This document shows positions 1-10,804 of a stretch of 64,000 nt of DNA, piece after piece (within the stretch, counting starts at the first letter, position 1; each line of letters opens with the position of its first letter). The translations under genes were made by a program, and so were the position numbers. The notes below the pieces were generated by a model that saw only the letters and a list, made by a program, of their open reading frames with translations, was not told the origin of the DNA and made no database searches. The DNA comes from Sphingomonas paucimobilis. GTDB taxonomy: Bacteria; Pseudomonadota; Alphaproteobacteria; Sphingomonadales; Sphingomonadaceae. The stretch covers positions 8,211 through 72,210 of the forward strand of contig CALRMO020000001.1 in the NCBI GenBank assembly GCA_943369235.1. Reading direction: 5' to 3'.

Positions 1-152
1 AAAGGAAGATACAACGATGCGTGCTGCAACCCCCTGTTGCGAAATCCCCTCGCGAATCAGCATAAAATACTGGCGAATGAGGTTTGTTCCACGGAGGCGA
101 AGAAAAATGCACGGCGGCGTAAACTAACGCTCTGCTTGCTGTCTCCCAAAAA

Positions 153-176
153 TGACAAGCTTCGACAGGCTTGTTA
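153..176. promoter_or_regulatory. Candidate palindromic operator upstream of the GH42 gene
   Basis: TGACAAGC-N8-GCTTGTTA (7/8 inverted match) about 30 bp before the ATG at 206. Confidence 0.3.
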
Positions 177-205
177 TCTGCTGAAGGTCCAGTAACACAA
201 CGGCC

Positions 206-2170
206 ATGCTAGGCGTTTGCTATTATCCCGAACATTGGCCCGAACAGATGTGGGCCAGCGATGCGCAACGCATGCGCGACCTCGGCCTGACCTATGTCCG
301 CATCGGCGAGTTTGCCTGGGGCCGGATCGAACCCAGCGAGGGCAATTTTACTTGGGAGTGGATGGATCGCGCTATGGAAACGCTGGGTTCGGCTGGCCTC
401 AAGGTCGTACTCGGCACGCCGACAGCGACCCCGCCCAAATGGTTGTGCGAGACCTACCCCGAAATCCTGCCAGTCGATATTCACACCGGAATAACGCGAG
501 GTTTCGGCTCGCGGCGGCATTATGATTTTTCGAGCGAAACCTATCTGGTGCAGGCCGAGCGGATCACCGCCGCGATAGCGGAGCGTTATGGCCGCAATCC
601 ATATGTCGCTGGCTGGCAAACCGATAACGAGTTATGCTGCCACGACACGACACTGAGCGCATCGCCCGCCGCGCGGGACAAGTTCCGCGCGTGGTGTGAA
701 GCACGCTATGGCAGCATCGAGACGCTCAATACCGCGTGGGGCAATGTCTTCTGGTCGATGGAATATGACAGCTTCGACCAGATCGAGCTGCCGTTCTTCA
801 CCGTGTGCGAAACCAATCCCGCGCACCGGCTGGCCTATCGCCGCTTTGCCTCCGATCAGGTCGTGCGCTTCCATGACGTCATGATTGCCGCAATCCGGCG
901 ATATGCGAGACCAGAGCAATGGATAACCCACAACATCATCCCGCCATCGACCACCGGCGTCGATAATGCGGCGCTCACCCGCCAACTCGATTTTGTCAGC
1001 TACGATAATTATCCGCTAGGTTTTTCCGACCAGCTAATGGCGAAGGCACCGGCGGAGGAATGGCAACCTTACATGCGCACCGGACATCCCGACCTCGCCG
1101 CGCTCAATTTCGATTCGGTGCGCGGGCTTTCCAAAGGTGCCTGGTGGGTGATGGAGCAACAGCCGGGGCCGGTAAACTGGGCGCCTCATAATCCAAGGCC
1201 AGCGCCCGGGATGATCCGGCACTGGACGTTGCAGGCGTTCGCGCATGGCGCGGCGTGCGTTGCCTATTTCCGCTGGCGGCAGGTGCCGTTCGCGCAGGAA
1301 CAGATGCATGCGGGCCTGCTCAAGCCCGACGACGAGCCTTCGCCTGCATGGACCGAAGTCGAGCAGGTCGCAGCGGAGATGGCCTTGCTCGGCGACCTTT
1401 CGGGAGTGGCAGACAAAGCGCCGGTTGCGCTCATTATCGACCCGGCTTCGGCATGGGTCGATGATATCGAGCGGCAGGGCGCGGGCTATCGCTATCCGGA
1501 GGTGGTATTCCAATATTACCGCGTGCTGCGCTCGCTTGGTGTTGATGTCGATTTCGTTTCGGCAGGCGAGGCGAAGCTTGATGGCTACAGGCTGCTCGTC
1601 GCGCCTTCACTGGCGATGCCCGATGATGCTTCAGTCAACGCGTTGAACGCAAGCAGCGGCCTCATCCTGTTCGGCCCGCGCTCGGGCGCGAAAACTCAGG
1701 AATTTTCGATCAGCGACGGCTTGCCGCCAGGGCCGTTGCGCACATTCATGCCGATCAAGATAATCGCCGTCGAAACGCTTCGGCCTGATTGCATCGAAAC
1801 GCTGGACTATAAAGGCGAGCGCCACGAAAGCGGGCGCTGGCGCGAAACCATCGAAGCGGGAAATTGCGACGTCCTCGCGACGTACGGAGACGGCGCGGCC
1901 GCCATGGTCCGCTCGGGCAGGAACTTTTATCTCGCCACGCTGACCGACGATGCTTTCCTCCAAAGCCTGTTCGTCGACCTGTGCGCCGAGGCAAATATCG
2001 CAATCACGCCCTTGCCGCCGACACTCCGTCTGCGCCGCCGCGGCCTCCTGACCTTTGCCTTTAACATTTCGGGACACGCCGTGTCCGCACCTGCGCCCGG
2101 AGGTGCAAGTTACGTCATCGGCAGCTCCGAAATCGAACCTTATGGCGTCGCAGTCTGGCGGTCGGTCTGA
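206..2170 (+). CDS. Beta-galactosidase, glycoside hydrolase family 42
   Basis: LGVCYYPEHW, VRIGEFAWGRIEP, WQTDNE (acid/base), VMEQQPGPVNW (nucleophile), FRWRQVPFAQEQMHAGL. Confidence 0.95.
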   Translation: MLGVCYYPEHWPEQMWASDAQRMRDLGLTYVRIGEFAWGRIEPSEGNFTWEWMDRAMETLGSAGLKVVLGTPTATPPKWLCETYPEILPVDIHTGITRGFGSRRHYDFSSETYLVQAERITAAIAERYGRNPYVAGWQTDNELCCHDTTLSASPAARDKFRAWCEARYGSIETLNTAWGNVFWSMEYDSFDQIELPFFTVCETNPAHRLAYRRFASDQVVRFHDVMIAAIRRYARPEQWITHNIIPPSTTGVDNAALTRQLDFVSYDNYPLGFSDQLMAKAPAEEWQPYMRTGHPDLAALNFDSVRGLSKGAWWVMEQQPGPVNWAPHNPRPAPGMIRHWTLQAFAHGAACVAYFRWRQVPFAQEQMHAGLLKPDDEPSPAWTEVEQVAAEMALLGDLSGVADKAPVALIIDPASAWVDDIERQGAGYRYPEVVFQYYRVLRSLGVDVDFVSAGEAKLDGYRLLVAPSLAMPDDASVNALNASSGLILFGPRSGAKTQEFSISDGLPPGPLRTFMPIKIIAVETLRPDCIETLDYKGERHESGRWRETIEAGNCDVLATYGDGAAAMVRSGRNFYLATLTDDAFLQSLFVDLCAEANIAITPLPPTLRLRRRGLLTFAFNISGHAVSAPAPGGASYVIGSSEIEPYGVAVWRSV

Positions 2171-2171
2171 T

Positions 2172-2240
2172 TAATCTCACACAAAGACACGAAGCCACAA
2201 AAAGCTCATCTTTGCGCCTTTGTGGCTTTGTGTGAGATTA
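2172..2240. repeat. Octamer-armed inverted-repeat element, short 69 bp copy
   Basis: Perfect 15 bp terminal IR TAATCTCACACAAAG; each arm is TAATCTC plus three (A/C/G)C(A/G)C(A/G)AA(G/A) octamers; 5 bp loop; lies between convergent GH42 and prfC. Confidence 0.85.
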
Positions 2241-2241
2241 T

Positions 2242-3804
2242 TCAGCGTTCCTTGGTGGCGCTGAATGTGAGGTCGGGGTGCTTTTCCTGCTGATAGCCGA
2301 CGTCCCAGGCAGAGCGCGCCATGAACACCGGATGGCCGTCACGGTCCTTCGCCATATTGCCGCCGTTGAACGAGGCAAACTGGCTAAGCGCGCTGTCTTC
2401 GCCGATTAGCCAGCGGGCGGTGTCATAAGGCGCAGGCTCGAGATAGGCGTCGACCTTATATTCGGCCTCAAGCCGCGAAATCAGCACCTCGAGCTGTAAC
2501 TGTCCGACGACCCCGATCACCCAGTTCGATCCGATTTCAGGATAGAAAACCTGGATCACGCCCTCTTCGCTCAGGTCGTCGAGCGCCTTGCGCAATTGTT
2601 TTGTCTTTGTGGGATCGCGCAGGATCACGCGCCGCAATATTTCGGGCGCGAAGTTGGGCAGGCCCGTAAAGCGCAGCTCATTGCGCTCGCTCATTGTGTC
2701 GCCAACGCGCAACGTGCCGTGATTGGGAATTCCGATGATGTCGCCGGGTTCGGCGCTATCGGCAATCTCGCGGTCCTGCGCGAAGAAGAGGATTGGCGAG
2801 TGGATGGACACAGGCTTTCCATGCCCCGACGGGATCAGCTTCATCCCGCGCTTGAACGTGCCCGAACATAGCCGCATGAAGGCGATTCGGTCGCGGTGCT
2901 GTGGGTCCATATTGGCCTGCACCTTGAAAATGAAGCCGGTCACGTCCTTGCCCGATGGATCTACGGTGCCGATGCTGCTCGGTTGCGGACGTGGTGACGG
3001 CGCGTGGGTCGCAATCGCACCGATCATTTCGGCGATGCCGAATTCCTTCAGCGCCGAGCCGAAATAAACCGGAGTCAGATCGCCATGGCGATAGGCTTCC
3101 AGATCGAATGAAGCATAGCCCGCCTGCGCCAGTTCGGCTTCCTCGCGGAACTTTTTCAGGCCACGTTCGGACAAATGATCCGCCAGCGTCGGATCATCCA
3201 GGCCGCTGTGCTGGCTCGACTTGCCCTCGAACTCCTTCGAAGCACCGCTGGGCTGCATCAGCCGGTTGCGGGCAAAATCATATATGCCTTCAAACTCCCC
3301 GCCCATTCCGATCGGCCAGCTCATCGGGCAGACATCGAGAGCCAATTTGTCGGCGACCTCGTCGAGAATGTCGAAGCATTCGCGCCCTTCGCGGTCGACC
3401 TTGTTGACGAAGGTAATGATCGGCACCGACCGCAGGCGGCAGACTTCAAACAGTTTCAGCGTCTGCGGCTCGATACCCTTGGCGGCGTCGATGACCATGA
3501 TTGCGCTATCGACGGCGGTCAGCGTGCGGTAGGTGTCCTCGGAGAAATCCTCATGCCCCGGCGTATCGAGCAGGTTGAAGATGATGCCGTCCTTGGCAAA
3601 GGTCATCACCGACGAGGTCACCGAAATCCCACGCTGCTGTTCGATCTTCATCCAGTCGGATCGCGCCCGCCGCGCCTGCCCGCGCGCCTTGACCTCGCCA
3701 GCCAAATGGATCGCACCGCCCTGGAGCAAGAGTTTCTCGGTCAGCGTCGTCTTACCCGCATCGGGATGCGAGATAATGGCAAAGGTGCGGCGGTTGAGCG
3801 TCAT
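2242..3804 (-). CDS. prfC: Peptide chain release factor 3
   Basis: RRTFAIISHPDAGKTTLTEKLLL, DWMKIEQQRGISVTSS, DTPGHEDFSEDTYR. Confidence 0.98.
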   Translation of the reverse strand: MTLNRRTFAIISHPDAGKTTLTEKLLLQGGAIHLAGEVKARGQARRARSDWMKIEQQRGISVTSSVMTFAKDGIIFNLLDTPGHEDFSEDTYRTLTAVDSAIMVIDAAKGIEPQTLKLFEVCRLRSVPIITFVNKVDREGRECFDILDEVADKLALDVCPMSWPIGMGGEFEGIYDFARNRLMQPSGASKEFEGKSSQHSGLDDPTLADHLSERGLKKFREEAELAQAGYASFDLEAYRHGDLTPVYFGSALKEFGIAEMIGAIATHAPSPRPQPSSIGTVDPSGKDVTGFIFKVQANMDPQHRDRIAFMRLCSGTFKRGMKLIPSGHGKPVSIHSPILFFAQDREIADSAEPGDIIGIPNHGTLRVGDTMSERNELRFTGLPNFAPEILRRVILRDPTKTKQLRKALDDLSEEGVIQVFYPEIGSNWVIGVVGQLQLEVLISRLEAEYKVDAYLEPAPYDTARWLIGEDSALSQFASFNGGNMAKDRDGHPVFMARSAWDVGYQQEKHPDLTFSATKER

Positions 3805-3827
3805 GAGCGGCGCTTACGGGCGATTGA

Positions 3828-4451
3828 TTAACGCTTCAACCCGTTTGTTAGGAGGTCGGCAGCGATGTTAGCCACATCATCCACGGTTCTGTCTTCGCCT
3901 ATCACGCCGTAGCGAAGGCCCAGAAATACATTCATGCCGACAATGGCCCAGGCATGCACCTCTTCAACGTCTTCGCGGATCTGTTTTTTGCGCGCCGCAT
4001 CTTTCAGGCTGGCGACATATCCAGCTACGGTATTCTCATAATGATCGCGATAGCTTGACGGATCGACAAATTCTGCCTCGTCGATGATCCGGTAAAGCTC
4101 CTTGTGTTCACGCACGAAGCGAAGGAATTCCGCCAATCCCTTACGCTCGCCCTCAAGCCGGTCGGGTTCAGCGGCCATGATCGGCCCTACGGTGTCGCGC
4201 ACCTGCGCGGACATATCGCGGACGAGTGCCCGGAACAGTGAATCCTTTGAATCGAAGTAAGTGTAAAAACTTCCCAGAGCAACGCCGGCACGTTGGGTGA
4301 TGCTGACTACCGAACTTTCGTGAAAACCCTTTTCGCCGAATTCGGCAGCGGCTGAATCAAGCAGCACACGCAAAGTCTTGCGGCCCCGTTCGGTGCGCGG
4401 TGTTTTCGCTAGCGGCGTCATTGTTGCCGATATGCCACGTTCGACCGACAT
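3828..4451 (-). CDS. TetR/AcrR family transcriptional regulator
   Basis: N-terminal HTH: FGEKGFHESSVVSITQRAGVALGSFYTYFDSKD. Confidence 0.92.
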   Translation of the reverse strand: MSVERGISATMTPLAKTPRTERGRKTLRVLLDSAAAEFGEKGFHESSVVSITQRAGVALGSFYTYFDSKDSLFRALVRDMSAQVRDTVGPIMAAEPDRLEGERKGLAEFLRFVREHKELYRIIDEAEFVDPSSYRDHYENTVAGYVASLKDAARKKQIREDVEEVHAWAIVGMNVFLGLRYGVIGEDRTVDDVANIAADLLTNGLKR

Positions 4452-4478
4452 TCGCTATACTTCCTGTAATACATAAGT

Positions 4479-4499
4479 TGAAAGGTGGTTCATCTTTCA
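4479..4499. promoter_or_regulatory. Candidate TetR operator between divergent tetR and TonB-dependent receptor
   Basis: TGAAAGGTG-GTT-CATCTTTCA, 8/9 inverted match. Confidence 0.55.
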
Positions 4500-4553
4500 C
4501 TAGAGCAAGTTCCCGAACGGGTAAAGGCCCGCTAATTCGCAGGAGAGTGACTT

Positions 4554-6896
4554 ATGAAATCGCTTAATATCTCAATTGTGCGCGCCACATTGCTTGGCAG
4601 CATCGCGCTTTCTGGCTTGGCGATTTCGCAGCCCGTGTCCGCGCAGGAGGCCGCTGCCGAACAAGCGGCAGATGGTGACGAAATTGTTGTAACGGCCCGC
4701 CGTCGGGAAGAAAATCTCTCTGATGTTCCCGTCGCGGTTACTGCCTATTCGGGCGCACAACTGGAGGCGCAAGGTACGCTCGATTTAACCGATCTTAGCG
4801 ACACGACCCCCAATGTAACGCTGGAGAATTCGCGTGGCACCAACTCGACGCTTACTGCCTTCATTCGCGGTGTAGGGCAGCAAGATCCGGTTTCGGGTTT
4901 TGAAGCCGGAGTCGGCATCTATCTCGATGATGTCTATCTCAACCGCCCCCAGGGCGCGGTGCTCGATATCTATGATGTCGAGCGCATCGAAATTCTTCGT
5001 GGACCGCAGGGAACGCTGTATGGCCGGAACACCATCGGCGGAGCAGTCAAATATGTCACCCGGAGACTGCCACAAGAATTTTCGCTGAAGGCTCGCGCCA
5101 CATATGGCACATATAATCAGGCGGAGGGCGTTATCACGGCGTCGGCTCCGTTAGGCGATATTGTTCGCGTCGGCGGCTCGGTCGCCCGGTTGTCCAGAGG
5201 GGGCTTTGGCGACAACCTGGTTCTTGCAGGCGTCGAGAACTATAACAAGGATGTATGGGCGGCACGCGCGAGCGTTGAGCTTGGCGGGTATGGCGCACCT
5301 GTCCTCATTCGTATTTCGGGTGATTATACCCGCGATAAATCCGACGCCCGTAATGGCCACCGCCTGATTACCAGCCTGCTTTCGGGTGCGCCGGTTTTGG
5401 ATGATGTGTTCGATACCCGCTCCGGACTCAACACCCCCAAACAGGACGTGAAAGCATATGGCTTTGCGATCAACGCCGCTGCACAGCTTACCGATGCTAT
5501 CACGCTAAAGTCGATCAGCGCATGGCGCAAGGACCGCAGCTTCACTCCCATCGATTTCGATTCTCTTGCTGCGGTCGATGTCGACGTGCCCGCGCTTTAT
5601 CGCAATGAACAGGTAAGCCAGGAATTTCAGCTTTTGTACGAAAGCGCCCGTTTGAACGGGCTTGTTGGATTCTATTATCTTGATGCCGACAGCAGCACGC
5701 AATTCGATGTAATTCTTGGCACAACCGGTCCGTTGCTTGGCTTGCCGGGCCTCAATGCGTACACCGAGGGCGAAGTGAAAACCAGCACCTGGTCTGTTTT
5801 TGGTGATGTTACATTCGATCTAACCGATCAATTCGCCGTATCGGTGGGCGGTCGATACACCAGTGACAAAAGGACGTCGCGAATCAGGCGTGAGAACAAG
5901 ATATTCGGCAGCTCGCCGATATTCGGGGGTACCGCAGTTTCGCTTGGCGCGTTCACGAATTTCATCGGCGATGCGAAGTTTACCGACTTCAACCCGCGCG
6001 CATCGGTGAGCTTCAAGCCCGACGATAATCATCTATTCTATGCAAGTTACGCGCAAGGTTTCAAGGGCGGCGGGTTCGATCCGCGCGGCGATGCGCGCAT
6101 CGCTCCTGACACGGACCGCAACGGCGTGCGCAGCTATCAGGAAATCTACGATTTCTTCCTGTTCGATCCTGAAACGGTCGACAGCTATGAACTCGGCTGG
6201 AAAGGCAACCTTGGCGGCGCGCGATTTGCGTTGACCGGTTTCTATGGCGATTACAAAAATGTCCAGATCCCCGGTTCGGTCGGAGTTGACGCCAATGGCG
6301 ACGGGATATTCGAAAGCTTCGCCGGGGTTACCACAAACGCTGCAAAGGCGACGTTCAAAGGCATCGAACTCGAAACATTCGCACGATTCGCACGGGATTT
6401 TGCTGGAGAGGGTTCGGCGCTGACCTTCAATGGCACACTGGGTTATATCGACGGAGAGTATAAGCAGTATATCGTCAGCGGCGTCGATGTTTCCGATTTA
6501 CGCCGGATCCAGAACACGCCGAAATGGACCGCGTCGGCGACATTGGGGCTTGAGCTTGGTGCATTCAGTGCATCAACGACCTACAGCTATCGCAGCAAGA
6601 CGAATCAGTTTGAGGTCCCAAGCCCGTTTCTTGACCAAAAGGGCTATGGATTGCTCGACGCCAGCCTGGTCTGGTCGAGTGCGGATGATCGTTTCAGCCT
6701 CGGCCTGCATGGCAAAAATCTCTTCGACAAGGAATATATCACCTCAGGCTATCAATTCCTGAGCGTTGCTGCCGACGGGACGCCGTTGCGTACCGGAACC
6801 GGAAATGTCATTCCATCGCTTGGTCGCGAAGGGGTTGTCACTGCATTTTACGGCAATCCGCGGCAGGTGTTTGTCACAGCGGGCCTCAAATTCTAA
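4554..6896 (+). CDS. TonB-dependent receptor
   Basis: Signal peptide, TonB box EIVVTARRRE, plug motif IEILRGPQGTLYGRNTIGGA, C-terminal barrel strand ending in F. Confidence 0.95.
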   Translation: MKSLNISIVRATLLGSIALSGLAISQPVSAQEAAAEQAADGDEIVVTARRREENLSDVPVAVTAYSGAQLEAQGTLDLTDLSDTTPNVTLENSRGTNSTLTAFIRGVGQQDPVSGFEAGVGIYLDDVYLNRPQGAVLDIYDVERIEILRGPQGTLYGRNTIGGAVKYVTRRLPQEFSLKARATYGTYNQAEGVITASAPLGDIVRVGGSVARLSRGGFGDNLVLAGVENYNKDVWAARASVELGGYGAPVLIRISGDYTRDKSDARNGHRLITSLLSGAPVLDDVFDTRSGLNTPKQDVKAYGFAINAAAQLTDAITLKSISAWRKDRSFTPIDFDSLAAVDVDVPALYRNEQVSQEFQLLYESARLNGLVGFYYLDADSSTQFDVILGTTGPLLGLPGLNAYTEGEVKTSTWSVFGDVTFDLTDQFAVSVGGRYTSDKRTSRIRRENKIFGSSPIFGGTAVSLGAFTNFIGDAKFTDFNPRASVSFKPDDNHLFYASYAQGFKGGGFDPRGDARIAPDTDRNGVRSYQEIYDFFLFDPETVDSYELGWKGNLGGARFALTGFYGDYKNVQIPGSVGVDANGDGIFESFAGVTTNAAKATFKGIELETFARFARDFAGEGSALTFNGTLGYIDGEYKQYIVSGVDVSDLRRIQNTPKWTASATLGLELGAFSASTTYSYRSKTNQFEVPSPFLDQKGYGLLDASLVWSSADDRFSLGLHGKNLFDKEYITSGYQFLSVAADGTPLRTGTGNVIPSLGREGVVTAFYGNPRQVFVTAGLKF

Positions 6897-6914
6897 ACAG
6901 CTATTGATACACAA

Positions 6915-6947
6915 GCAAGGGCCGAGCCGCGACGGGTCGGCCCTTGC
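6915..6947. terminator. Hairpin terminator between convergent receptor and pheT
   Basis: 11 bp perfect stem GCAAGGGCCGA / TCGGCCCTTGC. Confidence 0.75.
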
Positions 6948-6949
6948 AA

Positions 6950-9346
6950 TTAGCCTCGAAGAACTGCACCCGATTTCGCAGCCGCAGCGACAATCCTGTC
7001 GCTGATCGCCTTTAAATCGTCATCGCCATAACTTTTGTCGGTGGGTTGCAGCGTGACCATCACCGCAAGCGATTTCTTGCCTTCGGGGACACCCTGACCG
7101 AAAAACTGGTCGAACAGTGCAACGGACACGATATTGCCTTTGTCGGATCCCCTGATGGCGCGAAGCAGATCGTCGCTGGCAACGCCGATGTCGACAAAGA
7201 AGGCAAAGTCCCGCGTGACCGGCTGCAACGCTGGTGGAGCAAACGCCGTCCGCATGAAGCCCGGGTTTTTCTTTAACGGGATCGCGTCGAGATAGATTTC
7301 TGCCGCTATTACGGGTCCGTCGAGGTCGAAAATCTTTGCTGTTGCCGGATGCAGCGCGCCAAACGATGCCAGCACATTCTTCGGTCCCAGACGAAGCGTC
7401 GCTGACTGGCCGGGATGATAATGATCGCCATGCCCAGAATCGTCGAAGCCCATGACCATCAGGCCATCGGTCGCTACCCCTGCGGCTGCAAGCAGCGCAA
7501 CGACTTCAGCCTTGGCGTCATAAGCATCGAACTTGGCGGCTTTACCTGTTGCCCAACCGCGTCCGGTCTTTTCCCCTGCCAGCACGACGCCCGCAGTTAG
7601 CCGCTCACCATCGGCCAGATACCGGCGGCCGATTTCAAACAGCCGCACCGACGAAGCGCCGCGATCCATGTTGCGTTGCGCCGCCGAAAGCAGTCCGGGG
7701 AGCAGCGAGGGGCGCATCACCTTCATGTCTTCCGAAATGGGATTGGCGACACTGGCGTACCCGCCTGTGAATGCGTCAGCCTCCTTCTCGGGAATGAAGG
7801 ACCAGTTGATGGCTTCATTCAGGCCGCGCGCGGCGGCCGAGCGGCGTACCTTCCGCTCGATTTTCTGCATCGGCGTAGCGGTAGGTCGCGCCACGCCGTC
7901 AGCTCGCGGCAAAGGCGTCGATGGGACCTGATCGAGTCCGACCATCCGCACGACCTCTTCGACAAGATCCGCGCTGCCTTCGACGTCACGACGCCAGCTG
8001 GGCGGGGTGACTTTCCAATCTGACGTCACTGCAAAGCCGAGACTTTCGAGGATTTCGCGCTGCCGTTCGGGCGCCACATCGACTCCGCCGAGGCGCAAGG
8101 CATGTCCGGTGTCATAGGAAATGTTGCGCGGCGCAACTGGGGGCTTGCCGGCGCGTTTAACGCTGCTTGCGGTGCCGCCTCCATGTTCGAGCACAAGCTT
8201 GGTTGCAATGGCGAGGCCGTCGTCGAGGAAGGCCGGATCCACGCCGCGTTCGAAACGTTGCCGCGCGTCGCTGGTCAGCGCCAGTTTCTGCCCGGTGCGC
8301 GCAATATGTTCGGGGTCGAAATAGGCGCACTCGATCAGCACGTCTGTCGTGCTCTCGGAAACACCCGAATGCTCGCCGCCCATAATGCCGCCGATATCGT
8401 GGACTTGTCGCTCGTCGGCAATGACGGTCATGCTCGCGTCCAGCGTATAGGTCTTGCCGTTTAGCGCGAGAACCTGTTCGCCGTCCCTTGCCTTGCGCGC
8501 GACGAGCGACCCCTGCAGTTTTGCACGATCGTAAACGTGCAGCGGGCGACCCAGATCGATCGAGATGAAGTTCGTGATATCGACGAGCAACGAAATCGGC
8601 TTTTGGCCGATCGCTTTCAGCTTCGCTTGCATCCATGCGGGCGAGGCACCGTTCGTAACTTCCGATACCGCCTGCGCGTAAAATGCAGGGCAGCCCAAAG
8701 GATCGAGCGTGGCCACGTCGGGTGCGGGGTTGCTTCCCGCAATTGGCGCAAGTTCGGCCATCTTGTAGACCTCAGCGAGCGGACGAAGCGTTCCCAAACC
8801 GGCTGCCGCCAAATCGCGCGCAATACCGCGCACGCCCATGCAATCCTGCCGGTTGGGGGTGACGCTGACGTCGATAACCGGATCGTCGAGGCCTGCCCAG
8901 TCGGCGTAAACCTGCCCCACCGGCGCGTCGCTCGCGAGCTCGATGATGCCGTCATGATCGTCACCCAATTCAAGCTCGGCAATCGAGCACATCATGCCGT
9001 TCGACTCGACGCCGCGTATCGCCGCGACCTTTAGCACCATGCCATTCGACGGCACGGTCGCGCCTGCCGGAGCGAAGACGCCCAGCATCCCGGCACGCGC
9101 ATTGGGTGCGCCGCACACCACTTGCAGCGGTTCACCGCCAGCATCGACAGTCAATACCTGAAGCTTGTCGGCTTGCGGATGCGGCGCGGCGGTGATCACT
9201 TTGGCAATGCGGAAGGCAGCCAGTTTGTCGGCCGGATTTTCGATACTTTCGACTTCGAGGCCAATGCGGTTCAGGCAATCGGCAACGGCATTCACATCCG
9301 CATCGGTATCGAGATGCTCCTTGAGCCAGCTCAGCGAGAATTTCAT
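6950..9346 (-). CDS. pheT: Phenylalanine-tRNA ligase beta subunit
   Basis: [53 protein letters not shown]; 4 bp overlap with pheS. Confidence 0.98.
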   Translation of the reverse strand: MKFSLSWLKEHLDTDADVNAVADCLNRIGLEVESIENPADKLAAFRIAKVITAAPHPQADKLQVLTVDAGGEPLQVVCGAPNARAGMLGVFAPAGATVPSNGMVLKVAAIRGVESNGMMCSIAELELGDDHDGIIELASDAPVGQVYADWAGLDDPVIDVSVTPNRQDCMGVRGIARDLAAAGLGTLRPLAEVYKMAELAPIAGSNPAPDVATLDPLGCPAFYAQAVSEVTNGASPAWMQAKLKAIGQKPISLLVDITNFISIDLGRPLHVYDRAKLQGSLVARKARDGEQVLALNGKTYTLDASMTVIADERQVHDIGGIMGGEHSGVSESTTDVLIECAYFDPEHIARTGQKLALTSDARQRFERGVDPAFLDDGLAIATKLVLEHGGGTASSVKRAGKPPVAPRNISYDTGHALRLGGVDVAPERQREILESLGFAVTSDWKVTPPSWRRDVEGSADLVEEVVRMVGLDQVPSTPLPRADGVARPTATPMQKIERKVRRSAAARGLNEAINWSFIPEKEADAFTGGYASVANPISEDMKVMRPSLLPGLLSAAQRNMDRGASSVRLFEIGRRYLADGERLTAGVVLAGEKTGRGWATGKAAKFDAYDAKAEVVALLAAAGVATDGLMVMGFDDSGHGDHYHPGQSATLRLGPKNVLASFGALHPATAKIFDLDGPVIAAEIYLDAIPLKKNPGFMRTAFAPPALQPVTRDFAFFVDIGVASDDLLRAIRGSDKGNIVSVALFDQFFGQGVPEGKKSLAVMVTLQPTDKSYGDDDLKAISDRIVAAAAKSGAVLRG

Positions 9347-10419
9347 GCGCCCACTCCCCCGCTCAACGTCGGCACGTCAAGCGCCCCGAAACCGTAATGC
9401 TTGAGCCAGCGCAAATCGCCGTCGAAGAAGGCGCGCAAATCGTCCATGCCATATTTCAGCATCGCCAGCCGGTCGACGCCCACACCGAAGGCAAAGCCCT
9501 GATAGACATCGGGATCGAGTCCGCAATTCGCGATGACCTTGGGATGCACCATGCCCGACCCAAGCAATTCCATCCAGCCTCCGGTCCCACCCAGAATGCG
9601 CTTGCCATTCTCGACCGAGAAGCTGACATCGACTTCAGCCGATGGCTCGGTGAAGGGGAAGTAGCTCGGGCGAAGGCGGATTGTGAGATCATCGCGTTCA
9701 AAAAAGGCCTTGAGGAACGTCTCCAGCGTCCATTTGAGATGCCCCAGATGAATGCCCTTGTCGATCACCAGCCCCTCGATCTGGTGAAACATCGGCGTAT
9801 GCGTTGCGTCGCTGTCGCTGCGATACACACGGCCCGGCGCGATGATCCGGATCGGCGGCTCCTGTGACGTCATGGTGCGAATTTGGACAGGAGACGTGTG
9901 CGTTCTCAACACCTTGGCTTCTTCGCCTTCTGCGGCCACCATGTAAAAAGTGTCATGCATCGCCCGAGCCGGATGCGTTTCGGGCATGTTGAGCGCGGTA
10001 AAATTGTGCCACTGATCCTCAATCTCCGGGCCTTCGGCAACGGCAAAGCCCATGTCGGCGAAGATTTCGGCAAGTTCGTCCATCACCTGGCTTACCGGAT
10101 GGACGCTACCACGCGGTGTTTCGGGCGCGGGCAACGTCATGTCCAGCCGCTCGGTCGCGAGCCGCTCGTTCAGCAACGCGGTTTCGAGCGCGGTCTTTTT
10201 CTCCGCCAGCGCCGCAGTCACTGTTTCGCGCAGACCATTGATGACCGGCCCCTGCACCTGCCGTTCGTCCGGCGACATTGCACCCATCGTCTTGAGCAAT
10301 GCCGAGACGGTCCCCTGCTTGCCCAATGCAGATATGCGCACCGCGTCCAGCGCATCGAGCGTGTCTGCCGCTTCGATGGCCGTTATCAAACCAGCCTTTA
10401 GACTTTCAATTTTAACCAT
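9343..10419 (-). CDS. pheS: Phenylalanine-tRNA ligase alpha subunit (start at 10419, or 10428 inside the REP)
   Basis: [48 protein letters not shown]. Confidence 0.98.
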   Translation of the reverse strand: MVKIESLKAGLITAIEAADTLDALDAVRISALGKQGTVSALLKTMGAMSPDERQVQGPVINGLRETVTAALAEKKTALETALLNERLATERLDMTLPAPETPRGSVHPVSQVMDELAEIFADMGFAVAEGPEIEDQWHNFTALNMPETHPARAMHDTFYMVAAEGEEAKVLRTHTSPVQIRTMTSQEPPIRIIAPGRVYRSDSDATHTPMFHQIEGLVIDKGIHLGHLKWTLETFLKAFFERDDLTIRLRPSYFPFTEPSAEVDVSFSVENGKRILGGTGGWMELLGSGMVHPKVIANCGLDPDVYQGFAFGVGVDRLAMLKYGMDDLRAFFDGDLRWLKHYGFGALDVPTLSGGVGA

Positions 10420-10422
10420 TGT

Positions 10423-10454
10423 CGTCATTCCCGCGAAGGCGGGAATCCAACTCC
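10423..10454 (+). repeat. CGTC-tagged REP, downstream arm of the GIY-YIG cassette
   Basis: CGTCA-TTCCCGC-GAAG-GCGGGAA-TCCAACTCC; 28/32 identical to the reverse complement of 10805-10836. Confidence 0.9.
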
Positions 10455-10469
10455 CGCGCTTTCATAAAT

Positions 10470-10793
10470 TCACAACTTCCGCGATGGCAGAGGCGGAAAG
10501 CCCAAATCAATCGACAAATCTTGCCAATTGGGGTTTTCGGACTCGATCATGTTTATTTTCCATTGCCGGTTCCATTTCTTAATCTGCTTTTCGCGCGTAA
10601 TTGCGGTTTCGATCGTTCCGTACAGCTCATACCAAACGAGCATTTTAACCCCGTAGTCGCTCGAAAATCCGTGAAACGCTTCTTCACGATGTTGCTGAAT
10701 GCGTTGCATCAGATGTGATGTAACCCCGACATAAAGCGTTCCGTACCGCCTGCTTGCCAGAATATAGACCGTCGGCTGAAAGTTTTCGTGCAT
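10470..10793 (-). CDS. Small stand-alone GIY-YIG nuclease (107 aa)
   Basis: VYILASRRYGTLYVGVTSHLMQRIQQHR and AITREKQIKKWNRQWK; the ORF-track extension to 10898 runs through the REP. Confidence 0.92.
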   Translation of the reverse strand: MHENFQPTVYILASRRYGTLYVGVTSHLMQRIQQHREEAFHGFSSDYGVKMLVWYELYGTIETAITREKQIKKWNRQWKINMIESENPNWQDLSIDLGFPPLPSRKL

Positions 10794-10804
10794 CGGCAAG
10801 GTCC

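Noticed and set aside
2242-3804. Programmed frameshift in the release factor gene
   Set aside because: This is RF3 (prfC), a continuous ORF; the known frameshift applies to prfB.
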